Origin: Oscillospiraceae bacterium
Lineage (GTDB): Bacteria; Bacillota; Clostridia; Oscillospirales; UBA644
Direction of reading: 5' to 3'
Assembly: GCA_015067305.1 (NCBI GenBank)
Contig: SVMT01000002.1
Span: forward strand, 36,759 to 100,758
Length of the DNA stretch: 64,000 nt
A model generated the notes under the pieces. It saw only the letters and a list, made by a program, of their open reading frames with translations. It was not told the DNA's origin and searched no databases. Every line of letters begins with the position of its first letter. The first letter of the stretch is position 1. Of the stretch, positions 48,628 through 58,167 are shown one piece after another. A program made the position numbers and the translations under genes.

Positions 48628-49302
48628 TTGAAAATCACATTTCTTGGTACAGGAGCCGCAGACTGGGATTTTTACAGAGACGGACATCTTGACGGGTACA
48701 GACGAAATGCATCAGCGCTTTTAGACGATATATTTTTGATTGACCCAGGTCCATTGGTGCTTAATGCTCTTGAAACATTTGGAAAAGATCCGAATAAAAT
48801 ACTCTACATTATCAATACCCACAAGCATCCCGACCACTACAACGAAGACACAATTGAAGCCCTTAAAAACGCTAAATTCTATTACATCGCACCTGATACG
48901 GAAATCCAAATAGGAAAACACTTTATAAAGGCGTTAAAAGGAAACCATGCCACTTGCAATGAAGTAGTTCATTTTATAATTTCTGATGGCGAAAAGAAGT
49001 TATTTTACGGATTAGACAGCTCTTGGCTGATGTACAACGAATTTCAAGCTATCAAAAATACAACTGTGGACTATGCGGTATTTGACGGAACTTTAGGTGA
49101 TGTTGACGGAGATTTCAGAATATTTGAACACAATAATTTGAGAATGATTCGCGAAATGAAATTAACTCTTGAGCCCTATATAAAAAGATTCTGCCTCTCA
49201 CATATGGCAAAAGAAACACATCTTCCACACAATGAACTTGCTGAACTAATGAATAAGGTTAACATCGAAACAGCTTTTGATGGTTACGAAACTGAAATAT
49301 AA
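48628..49302 (+). CDS. MBL-fold hydrolase (PhnP-like)
   Basis: FLGTGAA, LIDPG, THKHPDH, GNH, EHNN, LSH; TTG start behind GAGGAAGG. Confidence 0.85.
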   Translation: MKITFLGTGAADWDFYRDGHLDGYRRNASALLDDIFLIDPGPLVLNALETFGKDPNKILYIINTHKHPDHYNEDTIEALKNAKFYYIAPDTEIQIGKHFIKALKGNHATCNEVVHFIISDGEKKLFYGLDSSWLMYNEFQAIKNTTVDYAVFDGTLGDVDGDFRIFEHNNLRMIREMKLTLEPYIKRFCLSHMAKETHLPHNELAELMNKVNIETAFDGYETEI

Positions 49303-49339
49303 CTAAATTTTAAAAATATTCTAAAGGAGAAAACTCAAA

Positions 49340-50131
49340 ATGGACTGGAACAAAGAACTTTATGGGGAAAATGAAAAGCCTCTCGACAGGTTAGTAGATG
49401 GATACAGCTACACATCTATATTCAGAAAAATCGCATTTATCGGCGACAGCTTGTCTTCAGGAGAATTCGAAACAAGAGATGAAAACGGTAATGCTGGATA
49501 TCATGATCTTTTTGAATACTCTTGGGGGCAGTACATTGCAAGAAAAAACGGTCTTACCGCGTATAACTTTTCAAGAGGCGGAATGACAGCAGTTGAATAC
49601 CTTGACAGCTTTGCTGAGAATAATGGCTTCTGGAACAGAGATAAAGCCTGTCAGGCGTATGTTATAGCACTTGGAGTAAACGATATTCTTAACTGCAATA
49701 TGGACATTGGCTCTATTTCAGACATAGATGAAAATGATTACAATAATAACAAACCCACATTTATTGGAAATTACGCGAAAATAGTCAGCAAATATAAAGA
49801 GATCGCTCCCGATGCAAAATTCTTTTTTGTAACTGTTCCAAAGGAATCATCACGCGGAGATGAAAGAAGCAACAGAGCTCTGAATCTCAATTCTGCAATC
49901 AAAGCATTGGCTGAATATTTTGAAAACGCATACCTTATAGACCTTTATGAATACGGTCCGGACTACGATGAAAAATTCAGAGAAAAATTCTTCCTTTACG
50001 GACATCTCAATCCAATCGGATATATTTTTACAGCACGAATGATCGACTCCTATATTGACTATATAATAAGACATAACCCCAAAGACTTCTATTGTGCAGG
50101 ATTTATCAATACAGATATAAAATATAAATAA
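49340..50131 (+). CDS. SGNH/GDSL hydrolase
   Basis: GDSLSSG, SRGG, LGVND, GHLNPIGY. Confidence 0.88.
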   Translation: MDWNKELYGENEKPLDRLVDGYSYTSIFRKIAFIGDSLSSGEFETRDENGNAGYHDLFEYSWGQYIARKNGLTAYNFSRGGMTAVEYLDSFAENNGFWNRDKACQAYVIALGVNDILNCNMDIGSISDIDENDYNNNKPTFIGNYAKIVSKYKEIAPDAKFFFVTVPKESSRGDERSNRALNLNSAIKALAEYFENAYLIDLYEYGPDYDEKFREKFFLYGHLNPIGYIFTARMIDSYIDYIIRHNPKDFYCAGFINTDIKYK

Positions 50132-50373
50132 TGAAAAAGATATCAGTCAAAAAGTTGGTTGGAATTATATTATCTGTTATCGTAACAACAGTTATAATAT
50201 GGATATTTTGGGCGAATACGACTCTTGAGTTAAATACTTACAAGGTCTACAATCCAAGCTCAAAGAATAATTCAACAATGATCGTCAGCAGAGGAATTAG
50301 CAACAGTTTATTTCCGTTAAGATTCAACAACAGACCTGAAGTTGCACTCATAGAATTAATAAAAGAAAAATAG
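50131..50373 (+). pseudogene. Internally deleted YkuE/YaeI-type metallophosphoesterase
   Basis: Family N-terminus (TM + WANTTLELNTY) joined in frame to family C-terminus (MIVSRGISNSLFPLRFNNRPEV); all metal-binding motifs absent. Confidence 0.8.
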
Positions 50374-50423
50374 CAAATGTTTCCATACATGATATAAAAA
50401 CACTTATAATTAGGAGAACCTAT

Positions 50424-51422
50424 ATGTGCACTTTAACCTATCCCAAAAACAACGAAATAATCGATCTCTACACACCGATTCAAAACAAATTTATTAAAAG
50501 AATCAATAAATTCGGTACAGAATCTGCTTTGGAATGGTTACTTACTGTGAAAAATGGAATAGAAAGATCCCACCCACAAGATATAAACTTTAAATGGTGT
50601 GATAACAATTCTAGCGAATATATTTTTGAATTGAGTAAAAACCAATATTTCAACGAACCAATAATAATGAAAACAAAAGATTCATGCTGTACTATAACAA
50701 ATCTTGAAAATGGGACACGCTATTATTGGAGAGTCAATAACAGCAAATACAACACCTTTACAACAAAAGAAAAAAGTCAAAGGTTCATAAAAATTGGCGG
50801 ATTACTTAATGTAAGAGATATCGGTGGAAAAAATATCAGACAAGGATTGATATACAGAGGCTCAGAGCTAGACTGCAAATTCAATATTACAGAAGAAGGA
50901 AAGCATACTTTCTGTAAAGAACTTGGAATCAAAACAGATCTCGACTTACGTTTTGAACCCCATGAACATGTAAATGATTCACCAGCCGGCGAAAGTGTTA
51001 CTTTGCGAAAGATTAAATACAGACCTTATATGGAAATTTTCGAAGAACAATACAGAAAGAATATCTGCGCAATAATGGAGCTTTTTGCTGATAAATCAAA
51101 TTATCCTATCTATATTCATTGTATGGGTGGAGCCGATAGAACGGGAATGATAGCGATATATCTGAGAGCCATTGCAGGGGAATCTGAAAATGATATACAT
51201 CTTGACTACGAACTTACAGGTCTCTCGACCTATGGTGCAGGAGCTTCAGAAGGAGCAGACGGTTTCAGGAGCAGAAACAACTGTTATTATAAAGAGTTTA
51301 TCTCAGCACTTGACAAATTTGCACCATCAAAAACTTTAAACGAAAAAGTTATAGGTTTTCTTAAAGACTGCGGAGTTTCTCAAAACTGTATTGATACTAT
51401 TTATTCTATAATTAAAGCCTAA
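50424..51422 (+). CDS. Tyrosine/dual-specificity-type phosphatase with N-terminal Fn3-like domain
   Basis: NLENGTRYYWRV, NVRDIGG, YRGSE, DLR, HCMGGADRTG. Confidence 0.88.
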   Translation: MCTLTYPKNNEIIDLYTPIQNKFIKRINKFGTESALEWLLTVKNGIERSHPQDINFKWCDNNSSEYIFELSKNQYFNEPIIMKTKDSCCTITNLENGTRYYWRVNNSKYNTFTTKEKSQRFIKIGGLLNVRDIGGKNIRQGLIYRGSELDCKFNITEEGKHTFCKELGIKTDLDLRFEPHEHVNDSPAGESVTLRKIKYRPYMEIFEEQYRKNICAIMELFADKSNYPIYIHCMGGADRTGMIAIYLRAIAGESENDIHLDYELTGLSTYGAGASEGADGFRSRNNCYYKEFISALDKFAPSKTLNEKVIGFLKDCGVSQNCIDTIYSIIKA

Positions 51423-51436
51423 AATGAGGAATCAAC

Positions 51437-52207
51437 ATGACTGAGAACAACACAACCTCAACCTCGCCACAATATATCAGTGAGATCAGATTTAAAGGTA
51501 ACATCGAAACGAAATCATATCTTTCAAATCTTCCTATCGTAAAGTTTCTTTCCCAAAATAAAAATCTCAGATTTAATAAAAGCGTAACCTTTTTCGTTGG
51601 TGAAAACGGAACAGGGAAGTCAACCTTGCTTGAAGCAATAGCTGTGGCTTACGGTTTTAATCCCGAAGGAGGAACAGTCAATTTCAATTTTTCCACAAAC
51701 GCCACTCATTCCGATCTTTGGAAAAATCTGACGCTTGTAAAACGGGAATATCCCAAGGATGGATTTTTTCTAAGGGCTGAGAGCCTCTACAACGTCGCCA
51801 CAAACATAGACGAACTTGACAGCATTCCATCATACGGAGGGAAAATAATCTCAAGCTACGGCGGTATATCACTTCATAATCAATCCCATGGAGAAAGTTT
51901 TCTGTCAATCGTCAAAAACAGATTCGGAGGAAAAGGTCTTTATATTCTTGACGAACCTGAAGCAGCACTTTCACCTATGAAATTGATGACTCTTATGGTC
52001 AGAATCAACGATCTCGTAAAGGACAACTCTCAGTTTATAATTGCTACTCATTCACCAATACTGATGACTTTCCCTGATTCTGAAATTATTGAATTTACTC
52101 AAAATGGAATAAGTCGCGTAGAATACAGAGAAACCGAGCATTACAGAATTACAAAAAGTTTTTTGGATGATCCGGAGAGAATGCTCAGATATCTGCTTCA
52201 AGAATAA
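51437..52207 (+). CDS. Stand-alone ABC/AAA-type ATPase (COG3910-like)
   Basis: GENGTGKST, FFLRAES, SHGESF, ILDEPEAALSP, ATHSP. Confidence 0.9.
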   Translation: MTENNTTSTSPQYISEIRFKGNIETKSYLSNLPIVKFLSQNKNLRFNKSVTFFVGENGTGKSTLLEAIAVAYGFNPEGGTVNFNFSTNATHSDLWKNLTLVKREYPKDGFFLRAESLYNVATNIDELDSIPSYGGKIISSYGGISLHNQSHGESFLSIVKNRFGGKGLYILDEPEAALSPMKLMTLMVRINDLVKDNSQFIIATHSPILMTFPDSEIIEFTQNGISRVEYRETEHYRITKSFLDDPERMLRYLLQE

Positions 52208-52228
52208 TGTTTCAAAGGAGTATAAGGA

Positions 52229-53809
52229 ATGAATACGATAAAACTTTCAGATTTCAAACGCGAAAATGACACGGAAACATTTGCTACGGCAATGAATTAT
52301 ATGAAAGAACATCCGAAAACCACATTGATCGTTGAACCTGGAATATATAACATAACAACAGAACAGGCGAGAGCAGCTCAAACGGCAGTAATGAACGGAG
52401 ATTTTGGTGATAATCCAGAAAAAACAATGTTCAACCCTGACTATAAATATTCCAGAGGAATCTCTTTTGAATGTCAAAAGGGAAGTACAATCATCGCATA
52501 CGGAGTAACACTCATAATCGACGGGTTTATGGAGCCTATATCAATTACCGGTTGCGAAGATATTGAAATTCAAGGAATTACTATAGACCACAAGAGAAAA
52601 CCGTACTCAAAAGGTATAGTAACAACTATATCAGAACCTGATGAAAACGGAACATGCAAATATGTCGTAAAGCTTAATAAGTCATGTCCTATCACAGAAA
52701 GAACTCCAATAAATTTGAGGTGCGCCTTTTTTAATTCAAGCGAAGATCAAGTCATCAGAGCGAAACCTAAAGCAGAATTTGTAAACACATACGAAATACT
52801 TCTTTCAATGCAAAAAAATGATCGAATACATGTTGGAACGGAGTATTACACCATACATACTTACCATTCAAGACCTGCAATTTTGCTCGAACGGTGCAAA
52901 AATATTAGCCTCACAAATGTAACTATCCATTCTCAGCCGGGAATGGGAATTGTAGGTAACAGGAGTGAAAATGTTTTACTTTCAGGCTTATCCGTCATAC
53001 CGTCTGCAGGTGACCGATGGTCAACAAATACAGATGCGACACATTTCACATCAATGAAAGGAACGCTCAGATACGAAAACTGCAGATTTGAGGGACAAGG
53101 TGATGACTCTTCAAACGTCCATACATATTATCACGCAATAACAGAAAAAGAATCTGACACTGTATGTACGATACAAGAAAAGACACCAAGCGGAACCCAT
53201 GCTCAAACGCTTGATTATCCCGATGAGGGAGATACACTTGAACTGACCGATATAAACACATTACAGACAATAGATAAATTCAAAGTGCTGAATGTATACC
53301 CAAATCATAATAAAATGAACTGCAAAGTAGTATTGGATCATCCTTTACCGTCCAATACAGAAAACCTTGTATTTGCTGATATAACGAGACTTCCGAGACT
53401 TGAACTGATAAATTGCTATGCCGAAAAACATTTCGCAAGAGGTTTTCTGGTAAAATGCAGAGAGGCACTAATCGAGGGAAATACCTTCAAAAATATTTCA
53501 CTTGCGGGAATTGAAGCGGCCGCTGAATCATATTGGTATGAAGGTGTCACACCGTCAAATATTGTTATAAGAAGAAACCGCATAGTTAATTGCGGACTGG
53601 GTATTCTTGTAAAATCCGACTGTAAAAATCCGAAAGGGCAGAGCATTTTCAACATAACGGTCGAAGATAATCTGATAGATTGTCCAGATGCTGAATACGG
53701 AATATACGCAAAAAATATTGATGGATTGACCATTAAGAGAAATAAAATAGCGGTAAAAGGAACAGACATAGAGTGTGTAGACTGTGTAAATGTAAAGAAA
53801 GAGGTTTAA
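52229..53809 (+). CDS. Right-handed beta-helix protein (GH110 alpha-galactosidase-like)
   Basis: IHSQPGMGI, STNTDATHF, FEGQGDD..NVH, ARGFLV, repeated IEGN/IRRN/VEDN coils. Confidence 0.75.
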   Translation: MNTIKLSDFKRENDTETFATAMNYMKEHPKTTLIVEPGIYNITTEQARAAQTAVMNGDFGDNPEKTMFNPDYKYSRGISFECQKGSTIIAYGVTLIIDGFMEPISITGCEDIEIQGITIDHKRKPYSKGIVTTISEPDENGTCKYVVKLNKSCPITERTPINLRCAFFNSSEDQVIRAKPKAEFVNTYEILLSMQKNDRIHVGTEYYTIHTYHSRPAILLERCKNISLTNVTIHSQPGMGIVGNRSENVLLSGLSVIPSAGDRWSTNTDATHFTSMKGTLRYENCRFEGQGDDSSNVHTYYHAITEKESDTVCTIQEKTPSGTHAQTLDYPDEGDTLELTDINTLQTIDKFKVLNVYPNHNKMNCKVVLDHPLPSNTENLVFADITRLPRLELINCYAEKHFARGFLVKCREALIEGNTFKNISLAGIEAAAESYWYEGVTPSNIVIRRNRIVNCGLGILVKSDCKNPKGQSIFNITVEDNLIDCPDAEYGIYAKNIDGLTIKRNKIAVKGTDIECVDCVNVKKEV

Positions 53810-53814
53810 ACTTT

Positions 53815-54177
53815 ATGGGTTTTTGGATATATATGACTTGCATGACGTGCTTGCTTCCAATAACGATGATATGCTTCGGAAGATATTTCATAAAAACAGC
53901 CCCTAAAAAAATCAATTATACTTTTGGTTACAGAACTTCAAGATCAATGAAAAGTGAAAGTACATGGGTATTTGCCCACAAATACTGTGGCCGAATTTGG
54001 TTTATATGTGGGATTATATCCCTGATATCATCACTTGCAATTATGTTTTTTGTTTTTGGAAAAGATACTGATACTGTTGGATGCGTAGGTGCAGCCTGCA
54101 TGTTTTTACCAATAACAAAAATAATCATATCAATTATTGCAACTGAAAAAGCTTTAAAGAAAAATTTTGATAATTAA
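53815..54177 (+). CDS. SdpI/YhfL-family membrane protein
   Basis: PKKINYTFGYRTSRSM...W.FAH; start moved to 53815 behind GAGG. Confidence 0.88.
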   Translation: MGFWIYMTCMTCLLPITMICFGRYFIKTAPKKINYTFGYRTSRSMKSESTWVFAHKYCGRIWFICGIISLISSLAIMFFVFGKDTDTVGCVGAACMFLPITKIIISIIATEKALKKNFDN

Positions 54178-54205
54178 GCAATTTAAATTATAGAGGAGAA
54201 AAAAC

Positions 54206-55054
54206 ATGAGATATCAATTTTTAAGATTTCCCGGCGGAAAAGCAAAAGCATTAACATTCAGCTACGATGACGGATGTAGTGAAGACTTAAGATTCGCAGA
54301 TACATTGACAAAATACGGATTAAAAGGAACATTCAATTTAAACAGCGTAGAAATGAAAAAGGAATTGAGTGTTGAGGATATTGAAGAGCATATTCTTTCA
54401 AAAGGTCATGAGGTCGCAGTACACGGATATTTCCACAGAGCAAACGGAACACTGAGAAGCATTGAAGGAATACAGGATGTTCTCAACTGCAGACTCGAAC
54501 TTGAAAAAACATTTGGCAGAATTATCCGAGGAATGGCATACCCCGATACAGGCATCACAAGGTTCCACAATGGTTCTTCATATGAAAAGGCAAAACAATA
54601 CCTCACAGAGTTAGATATCGCCTATGTACGCACTCTGGGCGGTGACAACAACAGTTTCACACTTCCGACTGACTGGCACGCATGGATGCCTACAGCCCAC
54701 CATAACAATCCCAACATTTTGGAATACCTTGATGAATTCGTCAATATGGATATGTCCACAAACGTATACGCTCCGATGAGATATCCGAGACTTTTCTATA
54801 TCTGGGGCCACAGTTTTGAATTCCCCATAAGAAACAACTGGGAACATCTCGATGCGATCTGCGAAAAAGTTGCAAACAACAATGAAATATGGTTCGCCAC
54901 CAACATTGAAATTTACGATTACGTAAAAGCCTATGAATCCCTCATATATAGCGCGAACGGAAAAATAATTTACAACCCGACACTCATAACAGTCTGGTTC
55001 GATATTGACGGCAAGCTTTATATGATAAAACCGGGTGAAACACTTAAAGTATAA
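54206..55054 (+). CDS. Polysaccharide deacetylase (CE4/NodB)
   Basis: TFSYDDG, GHEVAVHGYFH, GMAYP, YIWGHSFEF. Confidence 0.9.
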   Translation: MRYQFLRFPGGKAKALTFSYDDGCSEDLRFADTLTKYGLKGTFNLNSVEMKKELSVEDIEEHILSKGHEVAVHGYFHRANGTLRSIEGIQDVLNCRLELEKTFGRIIRGMAYPDTGITRFHNGSSYEKAKQYLTELDIAYVRTLGGDNNSFTLPTDWHAWMPTAHHNNPNILEYLDEFVNMDMSTNVYAPMRYPRLFYIWGHSFEFPIRNNWEHLDAICEKVANNNEIWFATNIEIYDYVKAYESLIYSANGKIIYNPTLITVWFDIDGKLYMIKPGETLKV

Positions 55055-55063
55055 ATAAAAACA

Positions 55064-55093
55064 GGATCCGCACAAATTTTTAAATGCGGATCC
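55064..55093. terminator. Hairpin between convergent genes
   Basis: GGATCCGCA/TGCGGATCC. Confidence 0.75.
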
Positions 55094-55099
55094 CATTTC

Positions 55100-55510
55100 T
55101 TATTCAGAAACAAAAATTATATCTCCTGCGTGATATATCTCCATAAAACACTCATAAAAACATTTATTAGCAGTCAGATAACCATCTAACTTAAGACGAT
55201 TATACCCATATGTTATATCATATATTGAAAATCCAAAAACTTTATAGGAACCAATAAAATCTTTCAAGTACATTTTCTTTCCGGAAAAAGGACCTATATT
55301 CCCATTTCCATCAAGCAAATACACATAACAAAAGTCCCAATCAATATTTTTCACCTCAATATAACCATCAATTTGAGAATATGGCGGGGAAGTCTTGACC
55401 ATTCCTGATTGAGTCATTAAACACAGATCATTACCGTCAACTTTAATCTTATTGAGGTTCATATCATGAAGGCCGAAAGGAGGCTCATTAAATTTATAAG
55501 TATTTTTCAA
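55100..55510 (-). CDS. Hypothetical protein
   Basis: TTG start behind AAGGAG, 19 bp after xerC; LHD near the N-terminus. Confidence 0.7.
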   Translation of the reverse strand: MKNTYKFNEPPFGLHDMNLNKIKVDGNDLCLMTQSGMVKTSPPYSQIDGYIEVKNIDWDFCYVYLLDGNGNIGPFSGKKMYLKDFIGSYKVFGFSIYDITYGYNRLKLDGYLTANKCFYECFMEIYHAGDIIFVSE

Positions 55511-55529
55511 TATCCATTTCTCCTTGATC

Positions 55530-56531
55530 CTATTGTTTTTTCTTGATTTTTTTATTCAAAGGATTAGAATCCAATGCTTCAGTTATTTCTTTGTCAGCTA
55601 AATGAGTATATATCTGAGTTGTTCCGAGGTTTGAATGCCCGAGGATTTCCTGTAAAACCCTGATATCCACGCCTTCTTGATGCATGAGAGTTGCGGCAGT
55701 ATGCCGAAGTTTGTGAGGGGAGTATATAGTCTTATCCAAACCACTTTGCTGTAAATGCTTATCTACAAGAACCTCAACCATTCTGCGAGAAATACGTCTT
55801 CCGTTTCTACTGATAAAAACCGCTTTTTTGGCATCAGGATCATTTAAATCCTTGGGACGTATCTTCAAATATTCAACCAAAGCATCAATGCAAGATTGAT
55901 TGAGGTGAATAAGTCTTTCCTTATTGCCTTTGCCGACAACCCTGAGAACGCTGCCATTTATATCATTGAGGTTCATTCCAACGAGTTCAGACAAACGCAA
56001 ACCACAATTTAAAAAAATGGTAATTATGGCAAAATTTCGAACTTGATTTTTACCATCGATATTTTCTAATAATCCAACACTTTCTTCAACATTTAAATAA
56101 ACAGGGAGACGTTTCTTGATTTTTGGAGCTTCCAGATATTCAGTAGGATTATTTTCAATGATCGCATTTTTATTCAGATGTTTATAAAAACCTTTTAAAG
56201 AAGATATTTTACGTGAACGAGTCGTTGCATTATTTTGACGCTCATCATTTGCGTAATTCAAATAAATATAGATATCAGATAATGTAAGACTCGCAACAAT
56301 GTCAAGGCTTAATCCAACAGGATTAATCTCATCAATGGGAAGATCTGATAAATTCTTATAAGAAACAAGAAATCTGAAAAAGCCACGAAGGTCAATGTAA
56401 TACGCATCGACAGTTCGACTTGAAAGGTTTCGAACATTTTTCAGATAAAACAAATAGTCACGTGCGTATGTGGGAACATCTCCGTAATTATTATATCGTT
56501 CGCCGCGAACAGTCTTAGAAGTGCTTGCCAT
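55530..56531 (-). CDS. xerC: Tyrosine recombinase XerC/XerD
   Basis: SAM domain, GLRLSEL, GKGNKER, HKLRHTAAT, LGH..LGTTQIYTH; start moved to 56531; no mobile-element context. Confidence 0.88.
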   Translation of the reverse strand: MASTSKTVRGERYNNYGDVPTYARDYLFYLKNVRNLSSRTVDAYYIDLRGFFRFLVSYKNLSDLPIDEINPVGLSLDIVASLTLSDIYIYLNYANDERQNNATTRSRKISSLKGFYKHLNKNAIIENNPTEYLEAPKIKKRLPVYLNVEESVGLLENIDGKNQVRNFAIITIFLNCGLRLSELVGMNLNDINGSVLRVVGKGNKERLIHLNQSCIDALVEYLKIRPKDLNDPDAKKAVFISRNGRRISRRMVEVLVDKHLQQSGLDKTIYSPHKLRHTAATLMHQEGVDIRVLQEILGHSNLGTTQIYTHLADKEITEALDSNPLNKKIKKKQ

Positions 56532-56646
56532 AAGAGCCTCCAAATAATAAATATGGTCTGTTGGGAATAGGTAATTTAAATACATATATAATTTCGTTAA
56601 ATGAATATTTAGCGCAATTCAGGGTATATAAAATAGACATATTATA

Positions 56647-56675
56647 ATTATATCAAATCTTTTCTATAATGTCAA
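56647..56675 (-). promoter_or_regulatory. Sigma-A promoter of xerC
   Basis: TTGACA-17 nt-TATAAT. Confidence 0.8.
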
Positions 56676-56730
56676 GCCTCTGTAAATATAAATTACAATT
56701 AAACTTTGCCGCACAAGTAAAGATTTCTAC

Positions 56731-56759
56731 TTGACAAAACCAAATTATTATGATATATT
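56731..56759 (+). promoter_or_regulatory. Sigma-A promoter of yhhQ-queL-trmO
   Basis: TTGACA-17 nt-TATATT with TG extension. Confidence 0.78.
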
Positions 56760-56799
56760 TAGACAGAAATAAATTTTATAAATCAATAAGGAGTTTATT

Positions 56800-57468
56800 A
56801 TGAAACAACAGGTATCGGAAAACCCTGCAAAAAACCGAGATGAATTCAGTTATCTTTTGATAATTACAGCACTTATGGTTACTTGTTATCTGACATCAAA
56901 TATTATGGCTGTAAAATTGATTGATTTCGGAGGGATAACAGGCTTTGATGCAGGAACAATAACATTCCCTCTTGCATATATGCTAGGAGATGTTTTAACA
57001 GAGATTTGGGGTTTTAAAACCTCACGAAAGGTTATATTCTTAACATTTACGTGTAATATATTTTTAATTATATTCACATTTATAGGTATCTATTTACCGA
57101 GTCCAGATTATATGTCAGAAATAAATAATGCTTATGCAATGATTTTTACCTACACACCGAGAATCCTGATAGCGTCATTGATTGCTTTTATTTTCGGGGA
57201 AATATCTAACGCATGGGTAATGGAAAGAATCAAATTTCTTACTAAAGGAAAATTTTTATTTTTGCGTACTATTCTTAGTTCTGCAGTAGGATATACTTTT
57301 GACACTGTATTATTTGTTGTAATCGCATATATTGGTAACGTACCGATATTCGATATACTATCTATGATATTTGTGCAATATGCAGTTAAAATGCTCATAG
57401 AAGCTGTTTGCTCTACCCCACTCACCTACGGGTTTGTAGCATTTTTAAAAAAGAAAGTAGAGAAATAA
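56800..57468 (+). CDS. yhhQ: Queuosine precursor transporter (YhhQ/VUT family)
   Basis: SNIMAVK, FPLAYMLGDVLTEIWG, PRILIAS..AF, RTILSS..G...DT. Confidence 0.92.
   Translation: MKQQVSENPAKNRDEFSYLLIITALMVTCYLTSNIMAVKLIDFGGITGFDAGTITFPLAYMLGDVLTEIWGFKTSRKVIFLTFTCNIFLIIFTFIGIYLPSPDYMSEINNAYAMIFTYTPRILIASLIAFIFGEISNAWVMERIKFLTKGKFLFLRTILSSAVGYTFDTVLFVVIAYIGNVPIFDILSMIFVQYAVKMLIEAVCSTPLTYGFVAFLKKKVEK
56809..56839 (+). ncRNA. preQ1-I-like H-type pseudoknot inside the yhhQ coding sequence
   Basis: CAGG-TATCGGAAAAC-CCTG-CAAAAAA-CCGA: P1 CAGG/CCTG, P2 TCGG/CCGA, A-rich loop 3. Confidence 0.6.
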
Positions 57469-57474
57469 ACTGAT

Positions 57475-58167
57475 ATGGATGAACTTGAAAGATATTCTGT
57501 CATAGATAGCCATATGAAAAGAGAATTTTTACTCTTACAAGGTACAGGATGTATTTGGAAAAAATGTACTTTTTGTGATTATCACAATGATATCAGCAAA
57601 AATCCTTATGAGGTAAATAAAGCAGTTATTGATAAAATATCAGGCAAATATAGCGTTATAGATATAATCAATTCAGGATCCATTTTTGAACTTGACATTA
57701 AAACGCTTGAATATTTAAAAGACAAAATAACAGAAAAAAACATAAAAACTTTATGGTGTGAATCTCATTGGTTATATCATAAAAGGCTTGACGAGATAAG
57801 AAACTATTTTAAAGGTGTCAATGTAAAGTTCAGAATTGGTGCTGAAACCTTTGATCAGATCATGAGAAAAAAGTGGAATAAAGGTATCCCTGAAAATATT
57901 ACAGCGAAAAAAATAAGCAACTTTTTTGACGGCGCTTGCCTATTGGTCTGCGTACAAGGACAAACTAAAGAATCAATTCTGAAAGATATAGAATTAGCTA
58001 AAAATAATTTTGAATATTTCAATGTGAATGTTTTTGGTGAAAACAGTACCGATGTCAAAGCAGATAAGGAACTTAAGAAATGGTTTACTGAAGAAATTGC
58101 CCCACAATTGGAAAAATATAACAATATTGAAGTATTGATAGATAATACAGATTTAGGTGTTGGTTAA
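57475..58167 (+). CDS. queL: Small radical-SAM enzyme, probable queuine lyase
   Basis: ERYSVI...REFLLLQGTGCIWKKCTFCDYH, INSGS, ESHW, GAETFD; 230 aa; adjacent to yhhQ. Confidence 0.8.
   Translation: MDELERYSVIDSHMKREFLLLQGTGCIWKKCTFCDYHNDISKNPYEVNKAVIDKISGKYSVIDIINSGSIFELDIKTLEYLKDKITEKNIKTLWCESHWLYHKRLDEIRNYFKGVNVKFRIGAETFDQIMRKKWNKGIPENITAKKISNFFDGACLLVCVQGQTKESILKDIELAKNNFEYFNVNVFGENSTDVKADKELKKWFTEEIAPQLEKYNNIEVLIDNTDLGVG

Noticed and set aside
55530-56531. Tyrosine recombinase as a mobile-element integrase
   Set aside because: XerC/D-type sequence with a consensus sigma-A promoter; no att repeats, excisionase or phage/ICE genes; no dif-like site recognised.
56829-56835. A-AAA-AAC slippery heptamer in yhhQ as a programmed frameshift
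   Set aside because: It lies within, not upstream of, the pseudoknot, and the zero frame already gives the full transporter.
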